Translations under genes and position numbers: made by a program
The notes under the pieces: generated by a model
What the model was told of the DNA's origin: nothing
What the model saw: only the letters and a program-made list of their open reading frames with translations
The model's database searches: none
Part shown: piece after piece, positions 15,667-24,614 of the stretch
Layout: every line of letters begins with the position of its first letter
Position numbering within the stretch: position 1 is the stretch's first letter
Assembly (NCBI GenBank): GCA_031257375.1
Contig: JAIROU010000131.1
Location: forward strand, 1-34,091
Origin: Bifidobacteriaceae bacterium
Lineage (GTDB): Bacteria; Actinomycetota; Actinomycetes; Actinomycetales; WQXJ01
DNA: 34,091 bases
Direction: 5' to 3'

Positions 15667-16881
15667 ATGCGCACCATTTCCCCGCCGGAGGCCAGCCACG
15701 CCCACCGGATGGGCCGGGCGGTCATCGAAGCCGAGCCGGACGCCGAGGTGGAAGTCCGGCAGCTAAGCCACGAGTTCGGCTTCGGCGCGACCGGTTTTGA
15801 GGCGGTGCCCGGCTACAAGAACTCGCCCTGGGACAGCCACCGCCAGGACCTCTGGCTGGGCCTGTTCAACTGGGCGACCCTGCCGTTCTACTGGGGCCGT
15901 TTCGAGTCGGCGCCGGGGCGGACGATCAGCGCCGAGTTGCGGGCCGCCGCCGAATGGTTCACCGCCCGGGGCGTCAAAGTCAAGGGTCACCCCCTGACCT
16001 GGCACACTGGGGCCCCCGCCTGGTTGGCGGACGCGCCGCTGGATCAGGTTGAAGCGCGGCTGCGGGACCGCGTCCGGCGCGAAGTGGCCGGATTCGCCGG
16101 CCTGGTGGACGTCTGGGACGCCGTCAACGAATCCGTCATCGCCCCGGTGTTCAAAGCCGAACGCAACGCGATCACAAGGCTGACCTGGGCCAAAGGTCGG
16201 CTGGCGGTGATCGGGCTGGCCTTCGGCGAAGCCAAGGCGGCCAACCCGGCGGCCACCTTGCTGCTCAACGACTTCGATCTGTCGAGCGCCTACGAGTGCC
16301 TGGTCGAGGGTGCCCTGGCGGCGGGAGTCCCGGTCGACGCCCTGGGCCTTCAGACCCACATGCACCAAGGGTTCCGGGGCGAAGAACAGCTCCGGGGGAT
16401 CGTGGAACGTTTCGGGCGGTTCGGCCTGCCGCTGCACTTCACGGAGACAACCTTGGTCTCCGGCGACCTGATGCCGGCTGAGATCGTTGACTTGAACGAC
16501 TACCAGATTCCGTCTTGGCCATCCACCGCAGAGGGCGAGGCCCGCCAGGCGGATGAGCTGGTGCGCCATTACCGCACGCTGTTGGCCGAACCGGCGGTCC
16601 GGGCGATCACCTATTGGGACCCGTTCGACGCGGACGCCTGGCTGGGAGCGCCGAGCGGGTTGGTCCGCCTCGACGGCTCGCCCAAACCGGCCTATCAGGC
16701 CCTGCTCGGCCTTGTCCGCGGCGCCTGGTGGGTCGCTCCCACCACGGCCAGGGCCGACCACTGCGGGCGGATCGCCGTTAACGCCTGGTCCGGCCGCTAC
16801 TCGGCCGCCACCCCCGGCGGCCAAGCCCAAGAGTTCGAGATCGTCCGGGGCGGCTCATCAGTGGTCCGCCTGGGCGCCTGA
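15667..16881 (+). CDS. GH10 endo-1,4-beta-xylanase-like glycoside hydrolase, probably cytoplasmic
   Basis: KGHPLTWH, WDAVNE (acid/base), GLQTHMH, HFTE (nucleophile), PKPAY. No signal peptide; CAGGAG RBS. Confidence 0.9.
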   Translation: MRTISPPEASHAHRMGRAVIEAEPDAEVEVRQLSHEFGFGATGFEAVPGYKNSPWDSHRQDLWLGLFNWATLPFYWGRFESAPGRTISAELRAAAEWFTARGVKVKGHPLTWHTGAPAWLADAPLDQVEARLRDRVRREVAGFAGLVDVWDAVNESVIAPVFKAERNAITRLTWAKGRLAVIGLAFGEAKAANPAATLLLNDFDLSSAYECLVEGALAAGVPVDALGLQTHMHQGFRGEEQLRGIVERFGRFGLPLHFTETTLVSGDLMPAEIVDLNDYQIPSWPSTAEGEARQADELVRHYRTLLAEPAVRAITYWDPFDADAWLGAPSGLVRLDGSPKPAYQALLGLVRGAWWVAPTTARADHCGRIAVNAWSGRYSAATPGGQAQEFEIVRGGSSVVRLGA

Positions 16882-16967
16882 CCCTCCCGGCCGGGCGCCC
16901 CGGCACGGCCCCGCAAGCCCCGTCGCCCCGCCAATCGCCGGGGGCCAGGCGGCGCTCAGAGTGATGG

Positions 16968-16993
16968 TAACCTTACTTCTGAGAAAAGTAAGG
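16968..16993 (+). promoter_or_regulatory. vapBC promoter -10 and autoregulatory inverted repeat
   Basis: TGG-TAACCT -10 overlapped by CCTTACTT-N7-AAGTAAGG (16971-16993), which also covers the RBS. Confidence 0.7.
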
Positions 16994-17000
16994 AGCGCTC

Positions 17001-17243
17001 ATGTTTGGCATTGCCACAGTCACGTCGAAAGGACAGGTGACGTTGCCCTCCGCCCTGAGGCGGGACCTTGGCATTCGCCAAGGCGACAAGCTGGTCCTTC
17101 AAGTTGACGGCGACCGCTTCATCGCCCGCAAGGCCGCCGGCTTCCTCGACCTGGCGGGCAGCGTGCCCGTCCCCCCGGACCGGGGTGGCGAACCCTGGTC
17201 CACCGTGCTCGAGCATGCCCACGCCGTTCGCGGTTCAGCATGA
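17001..17243 (+). CDS. vapB: AbrB/MazE/SpoVT-type antitoxin
   Basis: ATVTSKGQVTLPSALRRDLGIRQGDKL swapped-hairpin motif; ATGA overlap with the PIN gene. Confidence 0.9.
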   Translation: MFGIATVTSKGQVTLPSALRRDLGIRQGDKLVLQVDGDRFIARKAAGFLDLAGSVPVPPDRGGEPWSTVLEHAHAVRGSA

Positions 17244-17692
17244 CCGCCGTCCTGGACACCAACGTCATAGTCCGCCATCTCACTTACGACCCGCCCGACC
17301 AGGGCCAAGCCGCCACAGCCTATTTGGCCGCGGCCGACCACTTGGTCCTGCCGGACGTGATCGCCGCCGAGACCGTGTATGTCTTACAGTCCTACTACCG
17401 CGCTCCCAAGGACACGATCGCCGCAGCGCTTAGGGCGCTCGTCGCGATGGGCAACGTCCGGGTCGAGCGACCGGAGATGCTTCTGCGCGCCATCGACCTG
17501 TTTGAGATCGCCAACTTTGATTTCGCGGACGCCTACGTCGTCGCCTACGCGCAGACCCACGGGATAAGCCAGATCGCCTCGTTCGACAAAGGGATCGACA
17601 AGCGCCTGGTCGCCGCCGCCCAGGCCGCGCCGGGCACGCCTCCGGCGATAAGCCGACTCGACCCCTCCGGCCTCGCCAAGCCCAATTCCTGA
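17240..17692 (+). CDS. vapC: PIN-domain toxin
   Basis: VLDTNVIV, AETVYVL, DFADAY and SFD acidic PIN residues. Confidence 0.9.
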   Translation: MTAVLDTNVIVRHLTYDPPDQGQAATAYLAAADHLVLPDVIAAETVYVLQSYYRAPKDTIAAALRALVAMGNVRVERPEMLLRAIDLFEIANFDFADAYVVAYAQTHGISQIASFDKGIDKRLVAAAQAAPGTPPAISRLDPSGLAKPNS

Positions 17693-17703
17693 TCCGGCGC
17701 GGT

Positions 17704-18705
17704 TCAATCGCCGGGGAACTTGACGCCGATCTGGGCGCGGATCTGGTCGAGCACGCCCATCAGGCCAACCGACTGGCTGACGGGCATGAGCGGGGATTCG
17801 GTGGCGGCATCGGACACCCGGCGGGCGACCTCCGCCAACTCGTACTCGTAGCCCGCCGCCAACGTTTCGCGGGACCACATCTCGACCTTGCCGCCCGAGC
17901 GCAACTCGAGCGTGGTCGGCCGCCAGTAGGCCCCCGCCAGACGGACCATCGCCTCTGTGCCCGCCACCCAGGCCTCCTGCGGCGTCGTGACGATCATCGA
18001 GGACTCGATCAACGCCTGCCCGTTCGGATAGTCGAGAATGGCGCTGACCTGGGAGTCTGCGCCGCTAGGGGCCAAGGTGGCGCTGGCCGTGACCCGCTCG
18101 GGCAAGCCCAGCAGGTCGGCCGCCAGGTAAAGCGGGTAGACTCCACGGTCGAGCAGGGCGCCGCCGCCGACCGCCGGGTCGAAGAAGCGGGAGGTCGGGT
18201 CATACGCGCTCGCGAAGCCGAAGTCGCCCTGCACATAACGGACCTCGCCCAGCCGCCCGGCGGCCACCCACTGGCGCAGCGCCGTCATGTGGGGCAAGAA
18301 CCGCGTCCACATCGCCTCCATCAAGAACAAGCCCCTTTCGGCGGCCAACTCGGCCAAGTCCCGCGCCTCAGCCTGGTTGAGCGTGAAAGCCTTTTCCACC
18401 AGCACGGCCTTGCCCGCTTCCAACGCCAGGCGGGCCAGCCGGTGGTGGGTGTGGTGCAGGGTGGCCACGTAGACCACGTCCACCTCCGGATCGGCCGCCA
18501 AAGCCTCATAAGACCCGTAGGCCCTGGGTGCGCCGAACCGGGCCGCGAACGCCTCGGCCCGCTCCCGCGAGCGCGAGCCGACCGCCACCAGCCGTTGCCG
18601 GGTGCCTTTGACCAGGCATTCGGCGACGGTCGCGGCGATGCCGCCGGGGCCCATGAAACCCCAGTTCAGCGGCGGCGCGTCAAGCGGATCAAGAACAGTC
18701 GGCAT
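17704..18705 (-). CDS. Gfo/Idh/MocA family oxidoreductase (dihydrodiol / xylose dehydrogenase-like)
   Basis: WGFMGPGGIA, VLVEKAF, LMEAMWTRFLP, GGGALLDRGVY; AAGGAG RBS. Confidence 0.92.
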   Translation of the reverse strand: MPTVLDPLDAPPLNWGFMGPGGIAATVAECLVKGTRQRLVAVGSRSRERAEAFAARFGAPRAYGSYEALAADPEVDVVYVATLHHTHHRLARLALEAGKAVLVEKAFTLNQAEARDLAELAAERGLFLMEAMWTRFLPHMTALRQWVAAGRLGEVRYVQGDFGFASAYDPTSRFFDPAVGGGALLDRGVYPLYLAADLLGLPERVTASATLAPSGADSQVSAILDYPNGQALIESSMIVTTPQEAWVAGTEAMVRLAGAYWRPTTLELRSGGKVEMWSRETLAAGYEYELAEVARRVSDAATESPLMPVSQSVGLMGVLDQIRAQIGVKFPGD

Positions 18706-18807
18706 GGGGGCTCCTTAACGGCGGTGCCAGCCGGCTGCGCCGGCGGGGCCTAATCGAGACTTCAGTTTACTGCGCGGCCTGGCTAGGAGGCCGGCTTTTT
18801 CGCCGAC

Positions 18808-19692
18808 CTAGAACACGCCCAAATCCGCCAGGGCCAGCCCCATCAGGATCGAATAACCCAACTCGATCTGGCCGGTCTTGGTCAGCACCTGGACCAGGTC
18901 GTCGCCGCGCAGGCCGGAGCCGACCGCGCTGCCCAGGCGGGCGACGGGGATGGCCATCAGCAAGACAACCAGGACGCGGGGCCGCCCGATGGCGCAGACG
19001 GCCGCCAGCGCCAGCGCCGCCCAGAGCTCCCAGGCGTAGACCGCGCGGGCCTTGGCCGGGCCGAGTTTGACCGCCAGGGTCCGTTTGCCGACGGCCTGGT
19101 CGGCGGCCAGGTCGCGCAGGTTGTTGGCCATCAAGATGGCCCCGGCCAGCAGGCCCACCCCGGCCGAGGCCACCCCTGCCCGCCAGGTGACGGTCAAGTG
19201 CTGGGTGTAAGCCGTGCCGAGGACCGCCACCGGCCCGTAGAACACGAACACCGCCGCGTCGCCCAGTCCGGCGTAACCGTAGGGCTTCGGCCCGCCGGTG
19301 TAGAACCAGGCGGCGGCGATGGCGGCCGCGCCGACCGCCAGCAGCCACCACTGGGAGGTCAGCCAGACCAGCGCGGCGCCGGTGACGGCGGCGACGGCGA
19401 AGCCGATCAAGGCGGCGGCCCGGACCGCGCCCGGCGTGGCCGCCCCCGACCCGACCAGCCGGGCCGGGCCGGTGCGCCGGCGGTCCGTTCCGCGCACGCC
19501 GTCGGAGTAATCGTTGGCCAGGTTGGAACCGATCTGCAGGGCCAGGGCCACGACCAGCGCCAACCCGGCCCGGTTCCACAGCGGCGGCGAATCAGCCTGC
19601 CAAACCGAGCCGATGCCGATCAGGACTGGGGAGACGGAGGCCGGAAGGGTCTTGGGCCGCAACGCCGCGAACCATTGAGCTGGACTTGCCAC
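18808..19692 (-). CDS. menA: 1,4-dihydroxy-2-naphthoate polyprenyltransferase
   Basis: RPKTL, NLANDYSDGVRGTD, YTGGPKPYGYAGLG, NNLRD...D...GKRTLAV. Confidence 0.96.
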   Translation of the reverse strand: MASPAQWFAALRPKTLPASVSPVLIGIGSVWQADSPPLWNRAGLALVVALALQIGSNLANDYSDGVRGTDRRRTGPARLVGSGAATPGAVRAAALIGFAVAAVTGAALVWLTSQWWLLAVGAAAIAAAWFYTGGPKPYGYAGLGDAAVFVFYGPVAVLGTAYTQHLTVTWRAGVASAGVGLLAGAILMANNLRDLAADQAVGKRTLAVKLGPAKARAVYAWELWAALALAAVCAIGRPRVLVVLLMAIPVARLGSAVGSGLRGDDLVQVLTKTGQIELGYSILMGLALADLGVF

Positions 19693-19819
19693 AATAGGTC
19701 ACCCTAGACCACGAGACGAGCCGCGCGGAGATGAAACACCGGCCAATCAGCCGAGTTCTGGCCGAGCCCCTCCAACTGCCCGGCCGCCGGCCCGGCCGCC
19801 GCCGAGCCCCATCGGCCGT

Positions 19820-20986
19820 TCATCCCCGCCTCGCTTCCGACCGTTCCAGCTGCCCGGACGCGTCCAGCCGAGCGGCCAGGGCGGCCGCCGCCGCCCGGTC
19901 GGGCTTGCCGGGCGCCAGCGTCGGCAGCGCCTCGACCAAAGCCAGGCGGCGAGGCGCGTGGGCCTGGTCGAGCGCTCGCCCCACCGCCCGGCGCAACCCT
20001 CCGAGGCTGGGCGGCCCGGCGGCATCGGGCACCACCAAGGCGGTCACCACCTGGCCCCAGGTCGGCTCCTCCAACCCCACCACCAGCGCGTCGACCACGC
20101 CGGGCAGGCCCCGCAAAACTGCCTCGACAGCCTGTGGGCTGACCGTCAGCCCGCCGGAGGTGATGGCGTCGTCGACCCGCCCGATCACCTCCAGCCGCCC
20201 GTCCGGCGCCCATCGCCCGAGGTCCGAGGTCGCGAACCAGCGCGCCTGGTCGCGCTCGAAGAAACCGGTCCCGGCCGCGCCCCCCGGCTGCCGGGCGTAG
20301 CCGGTGGCCAGCGTCGGCCCGGCGACCTCGATCCGCCCGCCGGCCGCCAGCGTGACCCGCACGCCCCCCAGCGGGCGCCCGTCGTAGACGCAGCCGCCGC
20401 CGGTCTCGGCCGCGCCGTAGGTGGCCACCACCCGCACGCCCGCCGCCTCGGCCCGTCGTCGCAGCCCGGCGTCCAGGGCCGCGCCGCCCACCAGCACGGC
20501 GTCGAACCGCCTCAGGACCCCGATGCCGTCCGCCGCACCGCCGATGCCGTCTCCCGCGCCGCCGATCAGGCGGCGCAGCTGCGTGGGCACCAGCGAGGCG
20601 AAGCGCGGGCCGGGCGGCAGGCGGGCGGCGGCGGCGGCGAAGCCTTCGGCGGTGAACGGCCCTGGCGCCATGACCGTTGGCGGGCCGCCCGCCAACAGGG
20701 CGCGGCAGACCACGTTCAGACCGGCGATGTGGTCGGTCGGCAGCGCCAACAGCCAATGACCGCGCCCGCCCAGACGCTCGGCGCTGGCCGCGGCGGAGGC
20801 CCGGATGGCGGCGGCGCCGAGCGCGACCAGCTTCGGGGTTCCCGTCGAGCCCGAGGTGGGCAACACCAAAGCCGTGTCGGCGGGCAGTTCAAGCCCCCGC
20901 GCCTGGGCCGGGCTGACGCCCACCAACACCGCTGGGCCCCCGTCCAGGGCGCTGGCCAGGGCCTGGACCAGTTCCCGGATCGACAC
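19820..20986 (-). CDS. menE: o-succinylbenzoate--CoA ligase (short actinobacterial form)
   Basis: TSGSTGTPK P-loop, HIAG, SLVPTQL, TYGAAET, GRVDD, GKPDR; men gene context. Confidence 0.9.
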   Translation of the reverse strand: MSIRELVQALASALDGGPAVLVGVSPAQARGLELPADTALVLPTSGSTGTPKLVALGAAAIRASAAASAERLGGRGHWLLALPTDHIAGLNVVCRALLAGGPPTVMAPGPFTAEGFAAAAARLPPGPRFASLVPTQLRRLIGGAGDGIGGAADGIGVLRRFDAVLVGGAALDAGLRRRAEAAGVRVVATYGAAETGGGCVYDGRPLGGVRVTLAAGGRIEVAGPTLATGYARQPGGAAGTGFFERDQARWFATSDLGRWAPDGRLEVIGRVDDAITSGGLTVSPQAVEAVLRGLPGVVDALVVGLEEPTWGQVVTALVVPDAAGPPSLGGLRRAVGRALDQAHAPRRLALVEALPTLAPGKPDRAAAAALAARLDASGQLERSEARRG

Positions 20987-21148
20987 GGGTCAACTATAGA
21001 AGCCGCATTGGTCTGACCCCGGCGGGCTCCAGCCGAGCGGCGTCGTCCCAACCGCCGGTTCGGGGCGCACCGGCCGCCTTCGGCGGCCAAGACACCCGAC
21101 CATGCTTACAGTTGGAACAGACCGATCAAGGCCGAACCAGGAGTATTC

Positions 21149-22225
21149 ATGTTTGTCAGTCTTCCCCATTCCCTTCGTCTGCCCCGCGCCCTCGCGGCGG
21201 CGCTCGTCCTGGCGCTGGCGGGCGCCGGCCTGGCGGCCTGCGGCCACAAAGAGCCGAACGCGGTGACAAAGGTGGAGGACTCCGCCATCGAGGCGGACAA
21301 GAACGCCCCGCCCGAGGTCCCGGCCGTCTGGCCGCTGACCGCGCTGCCGGGCGAGGTCCAAGCGCGCCCGGCGCTGGCGGTCAAGGTCGAGAACCCGGCG
21401 GTCGCCCGGCCGCAATCAGGCCTGGAACAGGCCGACATGGTCTGGGAGGAAATGGTCGAGGGCGGCGAATCGCGCTTCATCGCCGTGTTCAACTCCCAAG
21501 CGCCCCAGGCCATCGGCCCGGTCCGCTCGATCCGGCCGATGGACGGGCCGATCCTGGGCGCCACCGGCGGCGTGCTGGCCTGCTCGGGCGGCCAGGCCCG
21601 GTTCATCGACCTGGCCAAGGGCGCCGGCTTGCAGGTTCTGACCGAGGACTCGGGCGGGGCGGGCTTCTTCCGCTCGACCGACCGCTCCATGCCGCACAAC
21701 CTGTATCTGAACGCGGCCGACGCCTGGAGTCAGGCCGATGGGTCGCACCAGCAGGCGCCGAAGCCCGATTTCCTGTTCGCCGACTCGGCGGCAGCCGCCA
21801 CGGCCGCCAAGGACGGGCGGTCCGGCATCAGCCTGGCGGTCAGGATTTCGGCCGTCGCCAAGCCCAACTGGACCTGGGACGAGGCGACCAAGACTTACTT
21901 GCGCTCCGAGGGGGACGTGCCGTCCGATTCGGCCTCCGGCGTGCGCCTGGCGGCCCACAACGTCATCGCCCTGGCCGTGCCGATCGAGATGGCCGGCGGG
22001 ACCGACTCGGCCGGCAGCCCGATCCCCGACACCCGGATCGTCGGCTCGGGCAGCGGCGTGATCCTGGTCGGCGGCAAAGCCCTGGACGTCGACTGGTCCA
22101 AAGCCTCCGATCAAGACCGCCTGATCCTCAAAGTCGCCGGCGACGGCGCCGAGGTCAAGCTGGCGCCAGGCGTCACCTGGATCGAACTGGTGCCCCTGGG
22201 CGACGGCAACTGGACCGTCTCCTAA
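21149..22225 (+). CDS. DUF3048 (YerB-like) lipoprotein
   Basis: Lipobox LAAC; RPALAVKVEN..ARPQSGL..AD.V.EE.VEGG.SRF, GPVRSIR, PHNLY. Confidence 0.88.
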   Translation: MFVSLPHSLRLPRALAAALVLALAGAGLAACGHKEPNAVTKVEDSAIEADKNAPPEVPAVWPLTALPGEVQARPALAVKVENPAVARPQSGLEQADMVWEEMVEGGESRFIAVFNSQAPQAIGPVRSIRPMDGPILGATGGVLACSGGQARFIDLAKGAGLQVLTEDSGGAGFFRSTDRSMPHNLYLNAADAWSQADGSHQQAPKPDFLFADSAAAATAAKDGRSGISLAVRISAVAKPNWTWDEATKTYLRSEGDVPSDSASGVRLAAHNVIALAVPIEMAGGTDSAGSPIPDTRIVGSGSGVILVGGKALDVDWSKASDQDRLILKVAGDGAEVKLAPGVTWIELVPLGDGNWTVS

Positions 22226-22250
22226 AACTGTCGGCCAGGGATCACCCGGT

Positions 22251-22270
22251 TCCCAGCCGACCGGCTGGGA
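22251..22270. terminator. Hairpin between convergent DUF3048 and menB genes
   Basis: TCCCAGCC-GACC-GGCTGGGA perfect 8-bp stem; no U tract. Confidence 0.45.
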
Positions 22271-22319
22271 CGGCCGGCGCCAGGCGCTGACTGTACCGGC
22301 GGGCCGCCCCCACAATCGC

Positions 22320-23288
22320 TCACAGAATCTGCTTGCGGAACTCGTCCCAGCGGGGCGCCCGCCCCTCCAAGAAGGCGTCGCGGCCCTCGGCGGCCTCGGC
22401 GCCGGCGTAGGCCAGGCGGGTGGCCTCGCCGGCGAAGACCTGCTGGCCGGCCAGCCCGTCATCGGCCAAGTTGAAGGCGAACTTGAGCATCCGGATGGCC
22501 TGCGGCGACTGCTCCGAGATGCGGCGCGACCAGGCCAGCGCGACTGGCTCGACGGCATCGTGCGCGACCGCCGAATTGGCCACACCCCAAGCCTCGGCCT
22601 GTTCGGCGGTGTAGGTCTCGGCCAGGAAAAAGATCTGGCGGGCGCGTTTCTGGCCCACCTGCCGGGCCAGCAGGGCCGAGCCGTAACCGGCGTCGAACGA
22701 CCCGACCGTCGCGTCGGTCTGCTTGAAGCGCCCGTGCTCGCGGCAGGCGATGAGCAGGTCCGCGACCACCGCCAGCGAGTGCCCGCCGCCCGCCGCCCAG
22801 CCGTCCACCAGCGCGATCACCACTTTCGGCATGGTCCGGATGAGGCGCTGGGCCTCCAGTATGTGCAGCCGCCCAGTCCCAGCGGCGAGGTTGGCGCCGC
22901 TTCCCGGTGCCGTCTGCCCGCCCCCGTCCGTCCGGCCGTATTCGTAGCCGGACGGTCCGCGGAAGCGCTGGTCGCCGCCGGAGCAAAAGGCGTAGCCGCC
23001 GTCCTTGGGGCTGGGGCCGTTGCCGGTCAGGAGCACGGCGATGACATCGGGCCAGTCGGCGGCGTGCCGGAGCGCGGCGATCAGTTCGTCGACCGTGCGC
23101 GGGTTGAAGGCGTTGCGGACCTCGGGCCGGTTGAAGGCGATTCGCACCCAGGGCTGGTCCACCTCCACCGGCCCCCCGCGGTCGACGCCGCGATGATAGG
23201 TGATGTCCCTCAACTGTTCGAACCCCGGCACATCGCGCCACAATCGCCCCGAGAACCCATCGGACCGCAAAGCCGGCAGTTCGGTCAT
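22320..23288 (-). CDS. menB: 1,4-dihydroxy-2-naphthoyl-CoA synthase
   Basis: FNRPEVRNAF, AFCSGGDQR, RLHILEAQRLIR, AAGGGHSL, GSFDAGYGS. Confidence 0.97.
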   Translation of the reverse strand: MTELPALRSDGFSGRLWRDVPGFEQLRDITYHRGVDRGGPVEVDQPWVRIAFNRPEVRNAFNPRTVDELIAALRHAADWPDVIAVLLTGNGPSPKDGGYAFCSGGDQRFRGPSGYEYGRTDGGGQTAPGSGANLAAGTGRLHILEAQRLIRTMPKVVIALVDGWAAGGGHSLAVVADLLIACREHGRFKQTDATVGSFDAGYGSALLARQVGQKRARQIFFLAETYTAEQAEAWGVANSAVAHDAVEPVALAWSRRISEQSPQAIRMLKFAFNLADDGLAGQQVFAGEATRLAYAGAEAAEGRDAFLEGRAPRWDEFRKQIL

Positions 23289-23296
23289 GCCAAGAG

Positions 23297-23397
23297 CCTA
23301 AACCCGGGGACGGTCCTTTCGTCTCAAACTCGGGGACACACCTTGGACCCTAAACCCGGGGACGGTCCTTTCGTCTCAAACTCGGGGACACACCTTG
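23297..23397. repeat. Tandem repeat: 2 x 52 bp, made of 4 x 26-bp subunits
   Basis: 49-bp identical copies at 23297-23345 and 23349-23397; GGGGAC cores at 23306, 23332, 23358 and 23384. Confidence 0.92.
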
Positions 23398-23639
23398 CGC
23401 TCGCTTCCGGCCTCTGCGTTCGGGTACCGCTGTGAGCCGCACCCGCCACGGCCAACGCGGAACCCGCCTGAGCCTCCCCGGCGGCATCGCTCCTGTGGTG
23501 ACCGGTTGCGCGCCCTGCCTGCCCCCTGAAACCACCGCTCCAGGCGCCGTGCCGCCCCTATCGGGTCCCAGGCAGCCGTGCCGACCGCCGAGCCCCGTGA
23601 CACCAGCGCCCCCGCCCCGAGCCCCTAAACTCAGGAGGC

Positions 23640-24614
23640 GTGTGCGCAGTCTTCGACATCCCGCTGGCGGCGCGTTTTCGGGGAGTTCGGCGAAGGCGCG
23701 GGATGGTATGGTCGGGCGCGGCCGGATGGGCCGAGTTCAGCCCCTTCGAGGATTACCGCCCGACCGACTGCGTTCCCTGGTGGCGGGCCGCCCAGGAGGC
23801 GGCCGAACAAGGTTTCCCCGCTCCGCGCCGGACCGAGGTCGAGGTCAACGCGATCATTCCGGCAGTCGGCCCGGTCGCCGCCGCCAAACTGCTGGCCGGC
23901 GCGGGCGGTGCCCGGACGGTCAAGGTCAAGGTGGCTGAGCCCGGCCAGACCGAGGCCCAAGAGACCGCCCGCCTGGCGGCGGTGCGAGCCGCCCTGGGGC
24001 CGCGCGGCAAGATCAGAATCGACGCCAACGGGGCCTGGGACGCCGAGACGGCCATCGCCCGCATCAAGCGCCTGGCCAGGGCCGCCGACGGGCTCGAGTA
24101 CGTCGAACAGCCCTGCCGCACGGTCCAGGAACTGGCCCTGGTGCGCCGCCGCTCGGAAGTGCCCGTCGCGGCCGACGAATCAATCCGCCGCGCCCGCGAT
24201 CCCTTCGAAGTCAAGCGGTTGGAGGCCGCTGACCTGGTCGTTTTGAAGGTCCAACCGTTGGGCGGGGTGCGAGCCTGCCTGCGCCTGGCGGAGCGGCTGG
24301 AACTGCCGGTGGTCGTCTCGTCGGCCGTCGAGACCTCGGTCGGCCTGGCCATGGGGTTGGCGCTGGCCGCCGCCCTGCCGCGCCTGGACTTCGCCTGCGG
24401 GCTCGGCACCGGTCAGCTTTTGAGCGGCGATTTGGTCCGCGAACGTCTTTTGGTGTCCGATGCCGTGCTGCCAGTTCGCGCCGTCAGCCCAGACCCGGCC
24501 CTGTTGGCGGAGCACGCCGCCGCGCCCGCCCTGGAGCGCCGCTGGCGCGAGCGGCTCGACCAGGTGCGGCGTCTGGCCGAGGCCGCGTCGGCCGAGCCGG
24601 AGCCAGGCGGATGA
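23640..24614 (+). CDS. menC: o-succinylbenzoate synthase
   Basis: EFSPF, KVKV catalytic motif, RIDANGAW, EYVEQP, AADESIR, LKVQPLGG. Confidence 0.95.
   Translation: MCAVFDIPLAARFRGVRRRRGMVWSGAAGWAEFSPFEDYRPTDCVPWWRAAQEAAEQGFPAPRRTEVEVNAIIPAVGPVAAAKLLAGAGGARTVKVKVAEPGQTEAQETARLAAVRAALGPRGKIRIDANGAWDAETAIARIKRLARAADGLEYVEQPCRTVQELALVRRRSEVPVAADESIRRARDPFEVKRLEAADLVVLKVQPLGGVRACLRLAERLELPVVVSSAVETSVGLAMGLALAAALPRLDFACGLGTGQLLSGDLVRERLLVSDAVLPVRAVSPDPALLAEHAAAPALERRWRERLDQVRRLAEAASAEPEPGG

Noticed and set aside
23297-23397. CRISPR array or plasmid iterons
   Set aside because: The intervening sequences repeat (A-B-A-B) rather than being unique; no cas or rep gene; chromosomal housekeeping context.
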